This document shows, one piece after another, positions 1-10,262 of a stretch of 64,000 nt of DNA. Source of the stretch: a virus (Duplodnaviria > Caudoviricetes). The stretch lies in the IMG/VR virus record IMGVR_UViG_3300037418_000840. One strand, written 5' to 3'. A program made the position numbers and the translations under genes. The notes under the pieces were generated by a model. The model did not search any database. It saw only the letters and a program-made list of their open reading frames with translations, and had not been told where the DNA came from. Position 1 is the stretch's first letter; each line of letters begins with the position of its first letter.

Positions 1-1
1 G

Positions 2-364
2 CAGGCATTGCAACAGAATCCCAGCCTAGGGAGCGCTGCCTACTGGAAGACTCAAGTAAAGAACTCGATCTCGATCGCCATCGGTAACTACCTGTACTTC
101 GATTCGGTTGTCATAACTCGAGTGTCCAACACCTTCATGTCGAACTTCGACGCGCAAACTGGGTTGCCGCACAACGTTCGCGTTCAGGTCGCGTTCAAGC
201 CGCTGTTCATGATTGTGGCCTCTGATCTCGATCAGATGTTCCTCAATCCGAAGGGTGGGGCCACTCCTGGAAACAACAGCTTCGGCTTCTCGCTCCCAGC
301 ACCTACGGGTGCCAACTCAGGAAGCTTCGGCATCGGGGCTAACACCTTCGGCTTTCACACCTAA
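2..364 (+). CDS. 5'-truncated baseplate/tail-tube-initiator-like structural protein
   Basis: Frame is open from the window edge; beta-rich segment (YLYFDSVVITRVSNTF...VRVQVAFKP); lies directly upstream of the baseplate genes. Function inferred from position. Confidence 0.4.
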   Translation, partial: QALQQNPSLGSAAYWKTQVKNSISIAIGNYLYFDSVVITRVSNTFMSNFDAQTGLPHNVRVQVAFKPLFMIVASDLDQMFLNPKGGATPGNNSFGFSLPAPTGANSGSFGIGANTFGFHT

Positions 365-373
365 GAGGCGATC

Positions 374-730
374 ATGGGCGCACCATTCCCTGGTTACAGC
401 GCAGACTATGACTGGTCGAACTATACGCCAGTTGATTCGACTGGCTCGAACTACGATAAGTTCAAGTCTGCGTACAAGAATATCCGGTTCAACGTTCAGC
501 CTACGACACAGATTCAACTCACCATCCAAGACTTGGCGAATCTCCCAGGTCTGGCCTACAGGTTGTATGGTGACACGAGTTTGTGGCGTGCTCTTCTGGC
601 CTACAATGGATTGTCCGATCCTCTGTCAGACATTGCGGTCGGGATGACCTTAAAGATCCCAACCAAGGCGGCGATCACTGCCTATGTGTCAAAGCAGGCT
701 AACAATCAACAGACACCGATCGTAATCTGA
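374..730 (+). CDS. Baseplate wedge LysM-fold protein (T4 gp53 / P2 gpX-like)
   Basis: Motif LAYRLYGDTSLWRALLAYNGLSDP...GMTLKIP is typical of this family; sits before the hub and spike genes. Confidence 0.75.
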   Translation: MGAPFPGYSADYDWSNYTPVDSTGSNYDKFKSAYKNIRFNVQPTTQIQLTIQDLANLPGLAYRLYGDTSLWRALLAYNGLSDPLSDIAVGMTLKIPTKAAITAYVSKQANNQQTPIVI

Positions 731-737
731 GGACATC

Positions 738-1865
738 ATGGGTGCCTATATCGTTCAGGGGCGCATAGAAGTTTCGCTGTACATCAATAACATCGAGTTT
801 CCGCTGGACACCATGAACGTGTTGGGCTTTCTTCATGTTGGTTGGTCGTCTAAGCTGCTGCTCCCTACGTTCCATATGTCGTTGTCTGACGTGCAGCACG
901 TATTGGATCAGGTTGAGCTCCAGGATGGGGTACCGATTCGCATTGTGGTCAAGCCCTACTCGGCACCTACAGTGACCTATAACTTCCGAAAGTTCCATCA
1001 TCGGAAGCAGTTCAATGGTAACTGTTTCATCTATGAGATGGATGGCTACCTTGATGTCGTGAAGTACTGGACGGGCACTTCGCTAGCTGGACTGCGAGGA
1101 ACCTCGGATGATATCCTGTCCCAAGTGTCTCAGATATGCGGCCTTCAGTACAATGGCAGTGTGTCAACTAACGACAGTCAACTGTGGATGCAACGCAATC
1201 GCACCTATGGGGAATTCGCGGCCGACATTGCATGGCGAGGTTATGTCAGTGATTCGTCGTTCATGCGCATTGGGGTCGATCCACGTGGGATCCTTATCTA
1301 TCGCGATGTGAACAACCTGCCTGATCCGCAGACGACCATTGTCCTAGGTCAGTACATCAATGGATGTTTCACTGCCGTTGATTACGAGCCTCAAGCAAAG
1401 TCGGGGCTCAACAATAAGATGGTGGGCTACAAGAACACCCGGAACGATCAGAGTCTAACCGCTGATGAGATGGCTACGGCCTATAGTCAGCTGTCGTTCA
1501 CTCCAGATTCGAAGTCACCGCTGATTAATCTAGCGGTTCGCAACGCGATGGGTAACGGCTATCAGTCGTTCGGTGGGATCGACATGGGGAACACCCATGA
1601 CAACTACGAGCGTGCCCTATACCAGAATCTGCGGTTCGCCAATCTGTACAGCCTTGATGTAGAGTTCCTGATCCAGACGCCTACGAACCTAACGCTGTTC
1701 GACACGTTCACCTTCTCTGTCGATCAAGAGTCCAATAAGCAGGACGCGGCCTACGCGGGGACCTACATCGTTGCGGCCAAAGCGTTCCTGGTTCAGGGTG
1801 CGACCTATGCTGAGAAGCTGCTTGGCGTTCGTCAAGGGACAAACTTGAATTACACCTCGGGTTGA
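738..1865 (+). CDS. Baseplate hub protein (T4 gp27 / Mu gp44-like)
   Basis: 375 aa; canonical position between the LysM-fold gene and the spike. Assigned mostly by synteny and size. Confidence 0.55.
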   Translation: MGAYIVQGRIEVSLYINNIEFPLDTMNVLGFLHVGWSSKLLLPTFHMSLSDVQHVLDQVELQDGVPIRIVVKPYSAPTVTYNFRKFHHRKQFNGNCFIYEMDGYLDVVKYWTGTSLAGLRGTSDDILSQVSQICGLQYNGSVSTNDSQLWMQRNRTYGEFAADIAWRGYVSDSSFMRIGVDPRGILIYRDVNNLPDPQTTIVLGQYINGCFTAVDYEPQAKSGLNNKMVGYKNTRNDQSLTADEMATAYSQLSFTPDSKSPLINLAVRNAMGNGYQSFGGIDMGNTHDNYERALYQNLRFANLYSLDVEFLIQTPTNLTLFDTFTFSVDQESNKQDAAYAGTYIVAAKAFLVQGATYAEKLLGVRQGTNLNYTSG

Positions 1866-1871
1866 TCGATC

Positions 1872-2726
1872 ATGCCTTTTCATACCGCAAATGACACCGT
1901 CAACTTCGCTGAGGGGTATGACGGATATCTGGTTGGTACGGTGACTGCTAACGTCGATCCTCTGGGATTGGGGCGTGTTCAAGCACAGGTGCCGGGCCTA
2001 TACGATCCTCAGCAAGGCGAGATACCGTGGATCGCACCACACGATCGTCAGTCGCCCTTTGGTTATGGCACTTCTGCTGAAGGTCCCTATGGAGTGTACG
2101 GAGTCCCACCAATCGGAGCCAAGATCAAGATCGAGCTTCAAGGTGGGGACGTCCATAAACCGCTGTACTCGCCGCTGCACGCAAAGGCCGACACGAATTC
2201 TCGATTCTCAACACCGAATGTGTGGGGTTATCAGGATCCTGACGGCAACTACATGCTGTACGATATAGTGGCCCATACGTATCTGTTCGTGACACGGACG
2301 GGGGCGTCGATTGAAATCGATGCGACGGGTAAGCGTATCACAACTGTCAACGGTGATGCTGAAACATCGAATGGTGATTGGACTGTCAACGTGACTGGCA
2401 ATGCTCGCATCACGTCATCGGCAGACACGTCAGTCAATGCGTCGGGCAACGTTCTGGTCAAAGCTACTGGAAGTACCACGGTTCAGGGCGCAACTGTGAA
2501 CGTAACTGCGTCAGGCACAGCCACATACACGGCCTTAGCACACGTCTTCAACGGACCGATCACGACTAATTCGACTCTGGCAACTGCCGGGGACATCACC
2601 GACTCGACCGGGACGGGTAACACGCGGACGATGGCCAACATGCGTCTTGTGTTTGACGAACACCGCCATCACTATGACGACAATGGTAACGACAACATTA
2701 CCGACGTACCGTTCCCGCTCACGTGA
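1872..2726 (+). CDS. Central baseplate spike (gp5 / gpV-like)
   Basis: N-terminal OB-fold motif GTVTANVDPLGLGRVQAQVPGL, a beta-helix-like V/T/G-rich middle, and a C-terminal HxH metal-binding tip (EHRHH); no lysozyme domain. Confidence 0.85.
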   Translation: MPFHTANDTVNFAEGYDGYLVGTVTANVDPLGLGRVQAQVPGLYDPQQGEIPWIAPHDRQSPFGYGTSAEGPYGVYGVPPIGAKIKIELQGGDVHKPLYSPLHAKADTNSRFSTPNVWGYQDPDGNYMLYDIVAHTYLFVTRTGASIEIDATGKRITTVNGDAETSNGDWTVNVTGNARITSSADTSVNASGNVLVKATGSTTVQGATVNVTASGTATYTALAHVFNGPITTNSTLATAGDITDSTGTGNTRTMANMRLVFDEHRHHYDDNGNDNITDVPFPLT

Positions 2727-2749
2727 TTTGATGGATAGGACGAAATTTT

Positions 2750-3163
2750 ATGGCACAGATCACAGATTTCCAAACGAGTCTTGACGGGGCGACGTGGGTT
2801 GATTTGAACTCCTCGTATGGACTTAATACGCTACCTGACCGGCTTCCCGATGGACAGGCGTTGCAGAACGACCTGTTCAACCTACTGAACTGTTGGATTG
2901 GGGGCCGCTCACGAACGTTCCAACCCGAATACGGATCCATGTGGTATCAGTTCGTTCATGAACCAACTGAACAGTCGACGGCCAACAAAATGCGAGTCGC
3001 TATGATCCAGGCTCTAGCTCGTTGGGAACCTCGGATCACAGTGGATTTCAATAACTCGTACATAGTGCCTGATCTGACGCTACCGGGCTACAACGTGCGA
3101 ATCGCCTATACGATCAATCTGAATAGCTCGAAACAGCAGCTATCGTTCAATCTGCGGACTTAA
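2750..3163 (+). CDS. Baseplate wedge / sheath initiator (gp25-like)
   Basis: Motif GGRSRTFQPEYGS...IQALARWEPRI; 137 aa; follows the spike. Confidence 0.85.
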   Translation: MAQITDFQTSLDGATWVDLNSSYGLNTLPDRLPDGQALQNDLFNLLNCWIGGRSRTFQPEYGSMWYQFVHEPTEQSTANKMRVAMIQALARWEPRITVDFNNSYIVPDLTLPGYNVRIAYTINLNSSKQQLSFNLRT

Positions 3164-3164
3164 C

Positions 3165-4955
3165 ATGGCGAATACCACTCTTGTGTTGTCGGACTTGACT
3201 GCCGACGTAGGGGACTTCGTTACCCAATTCCAGCAAGCTCTGTCAAAGAAGCAAACATGGCAAGGCTTTCTAACGACAGCCAGTGCGGAGACGATGATCG
3301 AACTCGTCTCCTCAGTAGGTGCTTTTGCCCAAGGTCGTATCAGCCGTGAAGCTGAAGACGCGTTCTCGGAGACTGCGCTGGCCGATTCGGCAGTGTTGTC
3401 CATCACTCAGATGCAGGGACTTCGTATCGCACGCTTCCTGCCTGCAGGAGTCACTGGATCACTGACCAGTCCAGTGTCAGTGACGTTGCCACCCTTGACT
3501 CAGTTCTCATGTGCTGGTAACTACTTCTTCAATCGTGACGCGCTTCAACTCCTGGCCAACACGCCACTCAATGTCACTCTGTACGAGGGACAGGTCTACA
3601 CATACCAGATGTCGGGCCTCGGCAGTGAGCGGCAAACGTTCGTCAGTCAGCAGGATTCGTTCGCAGTTTCTGACCTAGACACTATTGTCCAGATCAACGG
3701 AACGATTATCCCTAAGGCATATGGGAATCTGTGGAACTTCGACGGGCTTCCTGGCTATGTGGATATGACGCTCAGCGACGGGCGAATGCTCCTTCAGTTC
3801 GGTAACCTCGGCGGTCTCAACGGACAGTTCGGCTCGATCCCCCAAGTGAACGACGTGGTGTCGGTCAACTACGTGATCACAAAGGGACAGACGGGCAACA
3901 ACATCGTAACCCAGGGCAAGGCCGTATCGGTCACGGGGTTCCCGCTCATTACGGGATCGTTTAACGCCAATCCAACAGGCGGATCAAACGATAAACCCGT
4001 TGTCGCCTACAAGAACATCGCAGCCGGTGGCTTCGGTACGTACAGCAGTGCCGTAACCAAGTCGCAATATCAAGCGATCATTGGAACATATCCTGGGATC
4101 CTCGACGCTGTGACTCAGGCTCAGCGTGAGATCAATCCTAGTGATTATCGTTGGATGAACGTGTGTCGAGTGTCGGGTCTCACGTCAAGTCCCTGGACGC
4201 AGGCTCAGAAGAAAGCGTTCACGGACTATTGTCAGACGGTGACGATGTACGCTCACTACTTCCTCTGGCAGGATCCGATTGCTATACCTCGCGACGTGGC
4301 GCTCGACGTCTACATCTTCAACTCGGCAATCCCAACGCAGGTGGAATCAGCGTGTCAGGATGCTATACAGAAGCTGTTTGCGCCACGTCCTGGCTTACTG
4401 ATGACCAATTTCTACATTGACGATTTGGTGCAAGCCTGTCGTGCGGCCAATCCAGGGCTGATCTCGTACATAGTTCCTCAGTCGCCTACGGGATCGATGA
4501 TCGTCACTGCGCCAGAGAGTCCACAGATCACGTTCGAGCTAGTACCGGGCGGTGGTTCACTTGGAGAACTGGTCTATGCCTACGCAGTGTCAACCACGTT
4601 GAACACTGGAGAGGTCGGGGTTCCCACGTCATGGGTCTTCCCGCAGATCATCACGAACACTGCGAACTACGGAATTACTCTGTCGTGGCCTGCGGTCTAT
4701 AATGCGCAGACGTATACGATTTGGGGCCGTGCGCCCGGCAGTGGGTTGGGCGTCCTTGCCACCGTTCCTGCGTCGACCCTGACCTGGACTGACAACGGAT
4801 CGATCACTCCGACGGGTGGACAGCCAACGACCATCGCAGACACGCCGATCCGCTACAATTCGTTGAACAGCTTGACCATCAACGTGTATTACGCTGATCG
4901 CCAGCAACAACTGCAGTCAGGGGCCAGCGAGCCTACACGGCTCTCTAATGGGTAA
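3165..4955 (+). CDS. Baseplate wedge protein (T4 gp6 / baseplate J-like) with a C-terminal FN3-like insertion
   Basis: 596 aa after gp25; gp6-like features (LQFGN..GQFG.IP, YVITKG..GN, AVTKSQY); extra beta-sandwich at about 4521-4812. Confidence 0.8.
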   Translation: MANTTLVLSDLTADVGDFVTQFQQALSKKQTWQGFLTTASAETMIELVSSVGAFAQGRISREAEDAFSETALADSAVLSITQMQGLRIARFLPAGVTGSLTSPVSVTLPPLTQFSCAGNYFFNRDALQLLANTPLNVTLYEGQVYTYQMSGLGSERQTFVSQQDSFAVSDLDTIVQINGTIIPKAYGNLWNFDGLPGYVDMTLSDGRMLLQFGNLGGLNGQFGSIPQVNDVVSVNYVITKGQTGNNIVTQGKAVSVTGFPLITGSFNANPTGGSNDKPVVAYKNIAAGGFGTYSSAVTKSQYQAIIGTYPGILDAVTQAQREINPSDYRWMNVCRVSGLTSSPWTQAQKKAFTDYCQTVTMYAHYFLWQDPIAIPRDVALDVYIFNSAIPTQVESACQDAIQKLFAPRPGLLMTNFYIDDLVQACRAANPGLISYIVPQSPTGSMIVTAPESPQITFELVPGGGSLGELVYAYAVSTTLNTGEVGVPTSWVFPQIITNTANYGITLSWPAVYNAQTYTIWGRAPGSGLGVLATVPASTLTWTDNGSITPTGGQPTTIADTPIRYNSLNSLTINVYYADRQQQLQSGASEPTRLSNG

Positions 4956-4960
4956 CTGAA

Positions 4961-6208
4961 ATGACCTATACTTACACACTCGATCCGCCAAGCTCAGATC
5001 CGGCTGAGAACCGGCGGCTGGGCTACCGGACGCCGCGCTCGATTTTGCTGCCTCCGTACTTCGCAACCAATCCGTTGTTTGTTGATTTCATGGATGCGAT
5101 CGACGAAGTGTTCGAACCGCTAGTTGACCAGAAGACTGAGATCTTGGGTGACCTACGAAATATGTGGGTCACCAATCCAGATATGGAAAACGTTCAGATA
5201 GCGAACGCTGAGCTAATTCCGTTTGAGGCTTGGTCTCAACCCGAACGTGATCTGCTGGTCAAGCAAGTGAATGCCCTGGGCCTCAAGCTCCAGAACGCTG
5301 GCATCATCAGCAACGATAGCTATCAGGTTATCAGTCGCTGGGCTGGTATGTATTGGTTCGGTAAGGGTACACAGTCGTTCATCAACTTCATCAACTACTG
5401 TCTGTCGTCAACGCTTACGGTCACCCGTTTGTGGACTGCTGACTATGTGAACTTCGTAGCCGAAGGCGATCCTTCGATTGGGACCCCGATCTGGGAAGGT
5501 GGTACGTGGTATCCAACGACTCACGTGTCTGTCGTGGCTACGGGCGGCCTTCAGCAGCTTGACATCAAGACACTGGTCAGTTTCTTCTACGAAATTGCGA
5601 ACTACAATCTGGTCCTGCAGTCGATCCAGTTGGCGTACAACATGTGGATCACTGACGACGACACGTTTGCACGCACCGACGCAGAAGTGGTGGCCGTCGG
5701 CCTATGGGCTGACTCGGTAATCGTGCTGTCCAATATCTTCCAGTTTGGGGCCGATAGTCCACCAGTGTTTGATACGGAGCCTAACATACCGGTCGGAGCC
5801 TACACAGTGACCCCTACGGCTACTGACCTGAGTGGGGCTTACATATTGAGCCAACCGACTGCTTGGATAATGGACGCGAGTGGTAAGAAGATTCCGGCCT
5901 ACACGTCACAGGATCAGCAGCTAACGAACGACACGTCACTGTCAACCACGTTCTGTGGGAATGAGCCGGCCTCGCAGGACCAAGTCATGATGATCTTTGG
6001 TCCAGTTCAGTGGATCCAGGTTCCGGGCAGTTCACGTAGTGACGCGCGCATTCCAGTCTTCTCATCAGTGCCTGTACCTCGTACTGCGGCACTAGCTAAT
6101 CTGCCAACGCAAGTCGTGGGCAATCTGCGTGGAAACTTCCTCTGCAATCCTACTGGCTGGACCGAAGTCGTGGCCGGTAGTGGCAAGTACACACCTTATT
6201 GGGCTTAA
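4961..6208 (+). CDS. Baseplate wedge protein (gp7 / P2 gpI-like)
   Basis: Follows the gp6-like gene; segment YWFGKGTQSFINFINYCL resembles gpI/gp7 'KGT' motif. Confidence 0.6.
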   Translation: MTYTYTLDPPSSDPAENRRLGYRTPRSILLPPYFATNPLFVDFMDAIDEVFEPLVDQKTEILGDLRNMWVTNPDMENVQIANAELIPFEAWSQPERDLLVKQVNALGLKLQNAGIISNDSYQVISRWAGMYWFGKGTQSFINFINYCLSSTLTVTRLWTADYVNFVAEGDPSIGTPIWEGGTWYPTTHVSVVATGGLQQLDIKTLVSFFYEIANYNLVLQSIQLAYNMWITDDDTFARTDAEVVAVGLWADSVIVLSNIFQFGADSPPVFDTEPNIPVGAYTVTPTATDLSGAYILSQPTAWIMDASGKKIPAYTSQDQQLTNDTSLSTTFCGNEPASQDQVMMIFGPVQWIQVPGSSRSDARIPVFSSVPVPRTAALANLPTQVVGNLRGNFLCNPTGWTEVVAGSGKYTPYWA

Positions 6209-6211
6209 GAC

Positions 6212-7339
6212 ATGAACCCGAATCAGAATCCAGTAATCTATGACGCAACGGGCAAGGTTCATCGGCCGATGGTTCCAGGCCAGGAGACCATGACCCCATC
6301 CTTGATTGCTTTGTCGGCAACGCCGGGCAATCGCCTTCAGTCTCTGGGTGATGGCCTATACCTTGGCGCTCAAGGGACTGCCGCGTCTCCGTATCAAGTG
6401 TATGTCAATTCGAGTACAGGCACAGACGCACCCGCAAACGGTGCGAAGACAACTCCGTACCGGACTCTAGACTACGCGCTTCAACAAGTTCAAGCGCTGT
6501 TCCCTAGTTCGCTGTTCTCGGGCTATGTCAACGTGTTGCTCCAGGCGGGACAGTCGTTCAGTGTCAACAACGACGTGACTCTGTATAGTGGTATCCTGGT
6601 CATCGGTTTCTATGGAGATCCTCAATACGGAGACATGAACAGCACGGTTGGTGGAACGACCAATAGCCAGAACATGGCAGATCTGGCGCGGCCAATCATC
6701 ACCTTCGGTACATCGTTGGTCAACGGACTGAACCATTTGGCGGGCTTTAACCGTCATGGTGGCAGTCTGTCCTTCGTGGGAGTACAGCTCAATCTTCCGG
6801 TGGCCCCTGCTGCTCCATCGAATACGCTGTACACGAACTATTCGGATGTCGTGCGTTCGTTGAACAACAGCGATCCAGGAATTGTGACTCTGGTTGGAAC
6901 CATCGTCAACATGACTGATGTCACGGCCTATTGGGGTCTGCTCGGTGTTCATGCTCGGTCATCGAATACGACGCTTACACAGTTCACGTCTCAGTTCTGG
7001 GTCGATGGACGCGCGCTGTCGGCTACGGCATCGCCCGCACCAACGACTGCCGAACTGACGCAACGCCAGTTCTTCATCAAGTTCTACGCTGATTATGCGG
7101 GTAACAATCAGTCGCAGGTCTTCATGGAGGACACGACTGCTAATTCGTCAACTGCGTCGGGCCTCTTGAATTTGACGTGGGCTGATGTGTCCGCGCTAGT
7201 GGTAACTGGAGCCAAGACTAATCTGGCAACGTTCCCAGTGGCTTTCGATCTTACGTATGGCCTGCGGAACTACATCTACAATCTGAATCATGACCAGCAG
7301 CAACGCCCGTTGAACGTGGTGAGCAGCCGTCTGATCTGA
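6212..7339 (+). CDS. Baseplate/fibre-associated structural protein
   Basis: 375 aa between wedge and fibre genes; YVNSSTGTD...G.KTTPYRTL motif is of the type that starts beta-helical tail proteins. Confidence 0.5.
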   Translation: MNPNQNPVIYDATGKVHRPMVPGQETMTPSLIALSATPGNRLQSLGDGLYLGAQGTAASPYQVYVNSSTGTDAPANGAKTTPYRTLDYALQQVQALFPSSLFSGYVNVLLQAGQSFSVNNDVTLYSGILVIGFYGDPQYGDMNSTVGGTTNSQNMADLARPIITFGTSLVNGLNHLAGFNRHGGSLSFVGVQLNLPVAPAAPSNTLYTNYSDVVRSLNNSDPGIVTLVGTIVNMTDVTAYWGLLGVHARSSNTTLTQFTSQFWVDGRALSATASPAPTTAELTQRQFFIKFYADYAGNNQSQVFMEDTTANSSTASGLLNLTWADVSALVVTGAKTNLATFPVAFDLTYGLRNYIYNLNHDQQQRPLNVVSSRLI

Positions 7340-7372
7340 TCCCGACCAGAATAAGACACCCAAGAGGTTCCT

Positions 7373-9028
7373 ATGAGCAACGCAACACCACTGTTTTTGA
7401 TTACGGACGCGGGGCTGGCCGCTGCTTCGATAGCGACGCCGACCGGTCCGTATATCCATATCACTAGCTTCGAGATCGGCAGCGGGTATGGATACAATCC
7501 GCAACGATCGGACACGGGCTTGAACGGCAATCTTCTGTACACGGGGACGCCGACGACCTACGAGAACATCGGCAACAATACGCTGGACATCATCTGCGAG
7601 ATCCCACCTGACGCGGGTCCTTTTGACTTCGGCGAAGTCGCCCTGTATCTCAGTGGCGGTGTCATGTTTGCGAAGGCTGTGTTCAGCACGCCGCAGACCA
7701 AGTATTCGTCGTTGGGCACCAACGTCGTATCGTCGTATACGTTTCACTGCTTGCTCAAGCTCGAACAGTCGACAGCCGTCTTCCAGATCAGTACGACGAA
7801 CGGGCCGCCGGCTGTGTGGAACGTCTATGCGTGGTCTGACGTATATCCTCCCGGTATCAGTGCCAATCCGGACATCCCACTGTATCTGGTGCGTGAACTC
7901 AGCCCGGCTGGCGACTCGTCGCTGTTGCAGAATACGAACGACACCGAATGGACAGTGGGCACCACGTATCAACCAGTACGAAATAGTGCTACGGTCGCCA
8001 ACTCGTCCACAAGCTGGATCGAGTTTGCGTCCAATCTGTTTCACCCCAATGATCTGACGGCCGCCAATCGTCAATGGGTGATTGAGACGCCTGACGGCTT
8101 CTTCCGTTCAGTATCGTCAATCGTTACCTCAGGGTCCAACTATCGTTGCAATCTCAACGTGACTAACGACGGGACGTACAATAACAGTCCGCTGTTGACC
8201 GCTCCTGCGGTGGGCAGCAAATGTCGTCTCTACAGTTCGACCCAGAACGGCAACATCATCCATTACGATCAGATCGTAGATCCACCGTCAATTCCGTTGG
8301 CGACCGTCGGCAATCCAGGTTTGGCCTACGGAGGGGCTGGGCTGTATATGCCGAGCCCTGGAGTGATCGAAGCTCACGGATTTTTGCATTCACCAGATAC
8401 GAATACGGGACGCACCCTAACCTCGTCTGACGATCTGAACAACATCGCACTGCCGTCCGGTCTGTACACGACGTATGTAGGTGTCTATGGATATCCGGCC
8501 AACATGCCCGCTCCTTGGGAAGGTCATATCTGGATTCAATGCTATGCCACTGGATCAGACGTGACTCAGTTGTATTGGCCTCAAGGAAGTGGTGGTGGTA
8601 GTCCGGATGGAACCGGTGGCTATCCTCCGTACTTCCGTTCGTACTCGCCATCCACTGGCTGGTCAGCATGGTCATCGTTGGGAGCCAAGGGTCGTCAAGG
8701 CAGCAGCAGCTACACGACGGCACACGCAGAATGGACTGGTACAAGCACTGTCCTCACATGGAATGGGAGCTCATCTCCTTTTGGATCAGGGCTCCCTGCG
8801 CTGACCAAGGCCGGTGTCCTTCACATGTATGTATGGGATGACGGTTCACGCACTACACAGGTCAATCTCAATGGCTCGCGTGTCTCGTACAATACCAAGG
8901 GTGGCGGCGCTGGTTATGGTCGTATCCATCATGACACAGTGATGTTCAACGCAGGTGATACGGTCGATTGGATTGTGACCAATAGTGGTCTTTCACCAAT
9001 CGGTGCTGCAATGATTCTGCTCAGCTAA
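7373..9028 (+). CDS. Tail fibre with baseplate-attachment N-terminus (P2 gpH / DUF3751-like)
   Basis: LITDAGLAAA and GPFDFGEVALY N-terminal motifs; knob-like DLNNIALPSGLY motif; followed by a chaperone-like gene. Confidence 0.8.
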   Translation: MSNATPLFLITDAGLAAASIATPTGPYIHITSFEIGSGYGYNPQRSDTGLNGNLLYTGTPTTYENIGNNTLDIICEIPPDAGPFDFGEVALYLSGGVMFAKAVFSTPQTKYSSLGTNVVSSYTFHCLLKLEQSTAVFQISTTNGPPAVWNVYAWSDVYPPGISANPDIPLYLVRELSPAGDSSLLQNTNDTEWTVGTTYQPVRNSATVANSSTSWIEFASNLFHPNDLTAANRQWVIETPDGFFRSVSSIVTSGSNYRCNLNVTNDGTYNNSPLLTAPAVGSKCRLYSSTQNGNIIHYDQIVDPPSIPLATVGNPGLAYGGAGLYMPSPGVIEAHGFLHSPDTNTGRTLTSSDDLNNIALPSGLYTTYVGVYGYPANMPAPWEGHIWIQCYATGSDVTQLYWPQGSGGGSPDGTGGYPPYFRSYSPSTGWSAWSSLGAKGRQGSSSYTTAHAEWTGTSTVLTWNGSSSPFGSGLPALTKAGVLHMYVWDDGSRTTQVNLNGSRVSYNTKGGGAGYGRIHHDTVMFNAGDTVDWIVTNSGLSPIGAAMILLS

Positions 9029-9037
9029 GGAGAATGA

Positions 9038-9742
9038 GTGATGAGTATTTCTGGAACAATCGCAGTTCCCGCTGAGCAGGCGGCAGTCCTACAGGCCGCT
9101 GCCGAAGCGGCCAAGACAGCTAAAATCATGTCGTCGCCAGATCCGGCTCCTGCCGCACCCGCGCCGTCCAACAAACTGTACGCATATCCGTACACAAAGC
9201 TGACTGGCGTCGCTTCTATGCTCAGTGTGTACACAGGGACTCCCATCGAGTTGGCGGAGGGACAATCGCCACCAGAGAATTCGAGCCCCTGGCGACCACC
9301 GACGGCTCCAGACGGACGCGCTGTCTATTTTGATGGCTATGGGTGGTTCGTCGGCCCTGATCTGGCCACTGTGAAGATAGCTGATCTGCAGACTATCGTC
9401 TTCAAGGATTTGGCCGACACCTTTCAATCTCAAGTCGATGCATTGACCACAGGCTACACGGCAGCCGAACGACAGTCTTGGGGTCAGCAATTGGCCGACG
9501 CTAAGAGTTTGCTCGCTGGCGGTCAATCCTCTGCGTTGCTGACGACCTTGGCGTCTGCACGAGGGGTTGATCCAAAGGTTCTGGCCCAGAAGATCGTAGA
9601 CAAAGACGCGGCGTATCAAAATCAGTATGCGGCACTACTCGCTGCGTATCAGAAGCAAAGAGACGCTGTGTCGATAGCTACGTCACCCGATCAGTTGCCG
9701 GCCATATCCATCGCAGCCTTCAGCACTGTTCGTCCTCTGTGA
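9038..9742 (+). CDS. Tail fibre assembly chaperone-like protein
   Basis: Immediately after the fibre; motif GYTAAERQSWGQQLADAK...LASARG is typical of fibre-assembly proteins. Confidence 0.65.
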   Translation: MMSISGTIAVPAEQAAVLQAAAEAAKTAKIMSSPDPAPAAPAPSNKLYAYPYTKLTGVASMLSVYTGTPIELAEGQSPPENSSPWRPPTAPDGRAVYFDGYGWFVGPDLATVKIADLQTIVFKDLADTFQSQVDALTTGYTAAERQSWGQQLADAKSLLAGGQSSALLTTLASARGVDPKVLAQKIVDKDAAYQNQYAALLAAYQKQRDAVSIATSPDQLPAISIAAFSTVRPL

Positions 9743-9759
9743 CCGCAGACTCGCAAAAT

Positions 9760-9796
9760 AAAAGCCCCGTCGCCATAAGGCCACGGGGCTTTTTTC
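9760..9796. terminator. Bidirectional intrinsic terminator
   Basis: AAAAGCCCCGT...ACGGGGCTTTT stem with A and T tracts on both sides, between convergent genes ending at 9742 and 9808. Confidence 0.85.
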
Positions 9797-9807
9797 ACGC
9801 CCTAAAG

Positions 9808-10194
9808 TCAGGGTTTAGTGTAGAACAATGAGACGTTGGCGGTCGCTGTGGCTGCGCTAGGATTTGCTATCGTCACAGAATCATAGTTGCCATCGAGAAC
9901 CAAGGTGCTATTGACCGGAATGGTCATCGATACAGCGCCGATGGTCAGCGTAACCTGAAGAGGCGCGTCGGTGCCGATGCAAATGCTGCTAATTCCCGTG
10001 ACCGTCACGTTCGCGTTCGGCGCGATGGTTACCGACTCGGCCGCAAGAGTGTTGGCCCCTATGTAGGACGAGACGGTGCCCACGCGACGGATGACCGAAT
10101 TTAGCCCCTCGGAAACCTTGACCTCATACTTCATGGTTGTCGCAGGCTGAACCGGCAAGCTAACTACACCATCCGGAAACTGAATAACTCCCAT
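9808..10194 (-). CDS. Hypothetical small beta-rich protein (possibly virion-associated)
   Basis: ATG at 10194 preceded by AAGGAG; the track start at 10224 looks like an upstream extension. Confidence 0.55.
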   Translation of the reverse strand: MGVIQFPDGVVSLPVQPATTMKYEVKVSEGLNSVIRRVGTVSSYIGANTLAAESVTIAPNANVTVTGISSICIGTDAPLQVTLTIGAVSMTIPVNSTLVLDGNYDSVTIANPSAATATANVSLFYTKP

Positions 10195-10222
10195 TGAGAA
10201 CTCCTTGATTAGAATGCGATGC

Positions 10223-10255
10223 AAAAAGGGCCGATGACAACCCGATCATCGGCCC
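10223..10255 (-). terminator. Intrinsic terminator
   Basis: 10-bp stem GGGCCGATGA/TCATCGGCCC followed by TTTTT on the - strand, just after the stop at 10263. Confidence 0.75.
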
Positions 10256-10262
10256 CGTGGCA

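Noticed and set aside
7196-8074. 292-aa - strand ORF
   Set aside because: Antisense to the well-supported tail fibre gene, with no motif or RBS.
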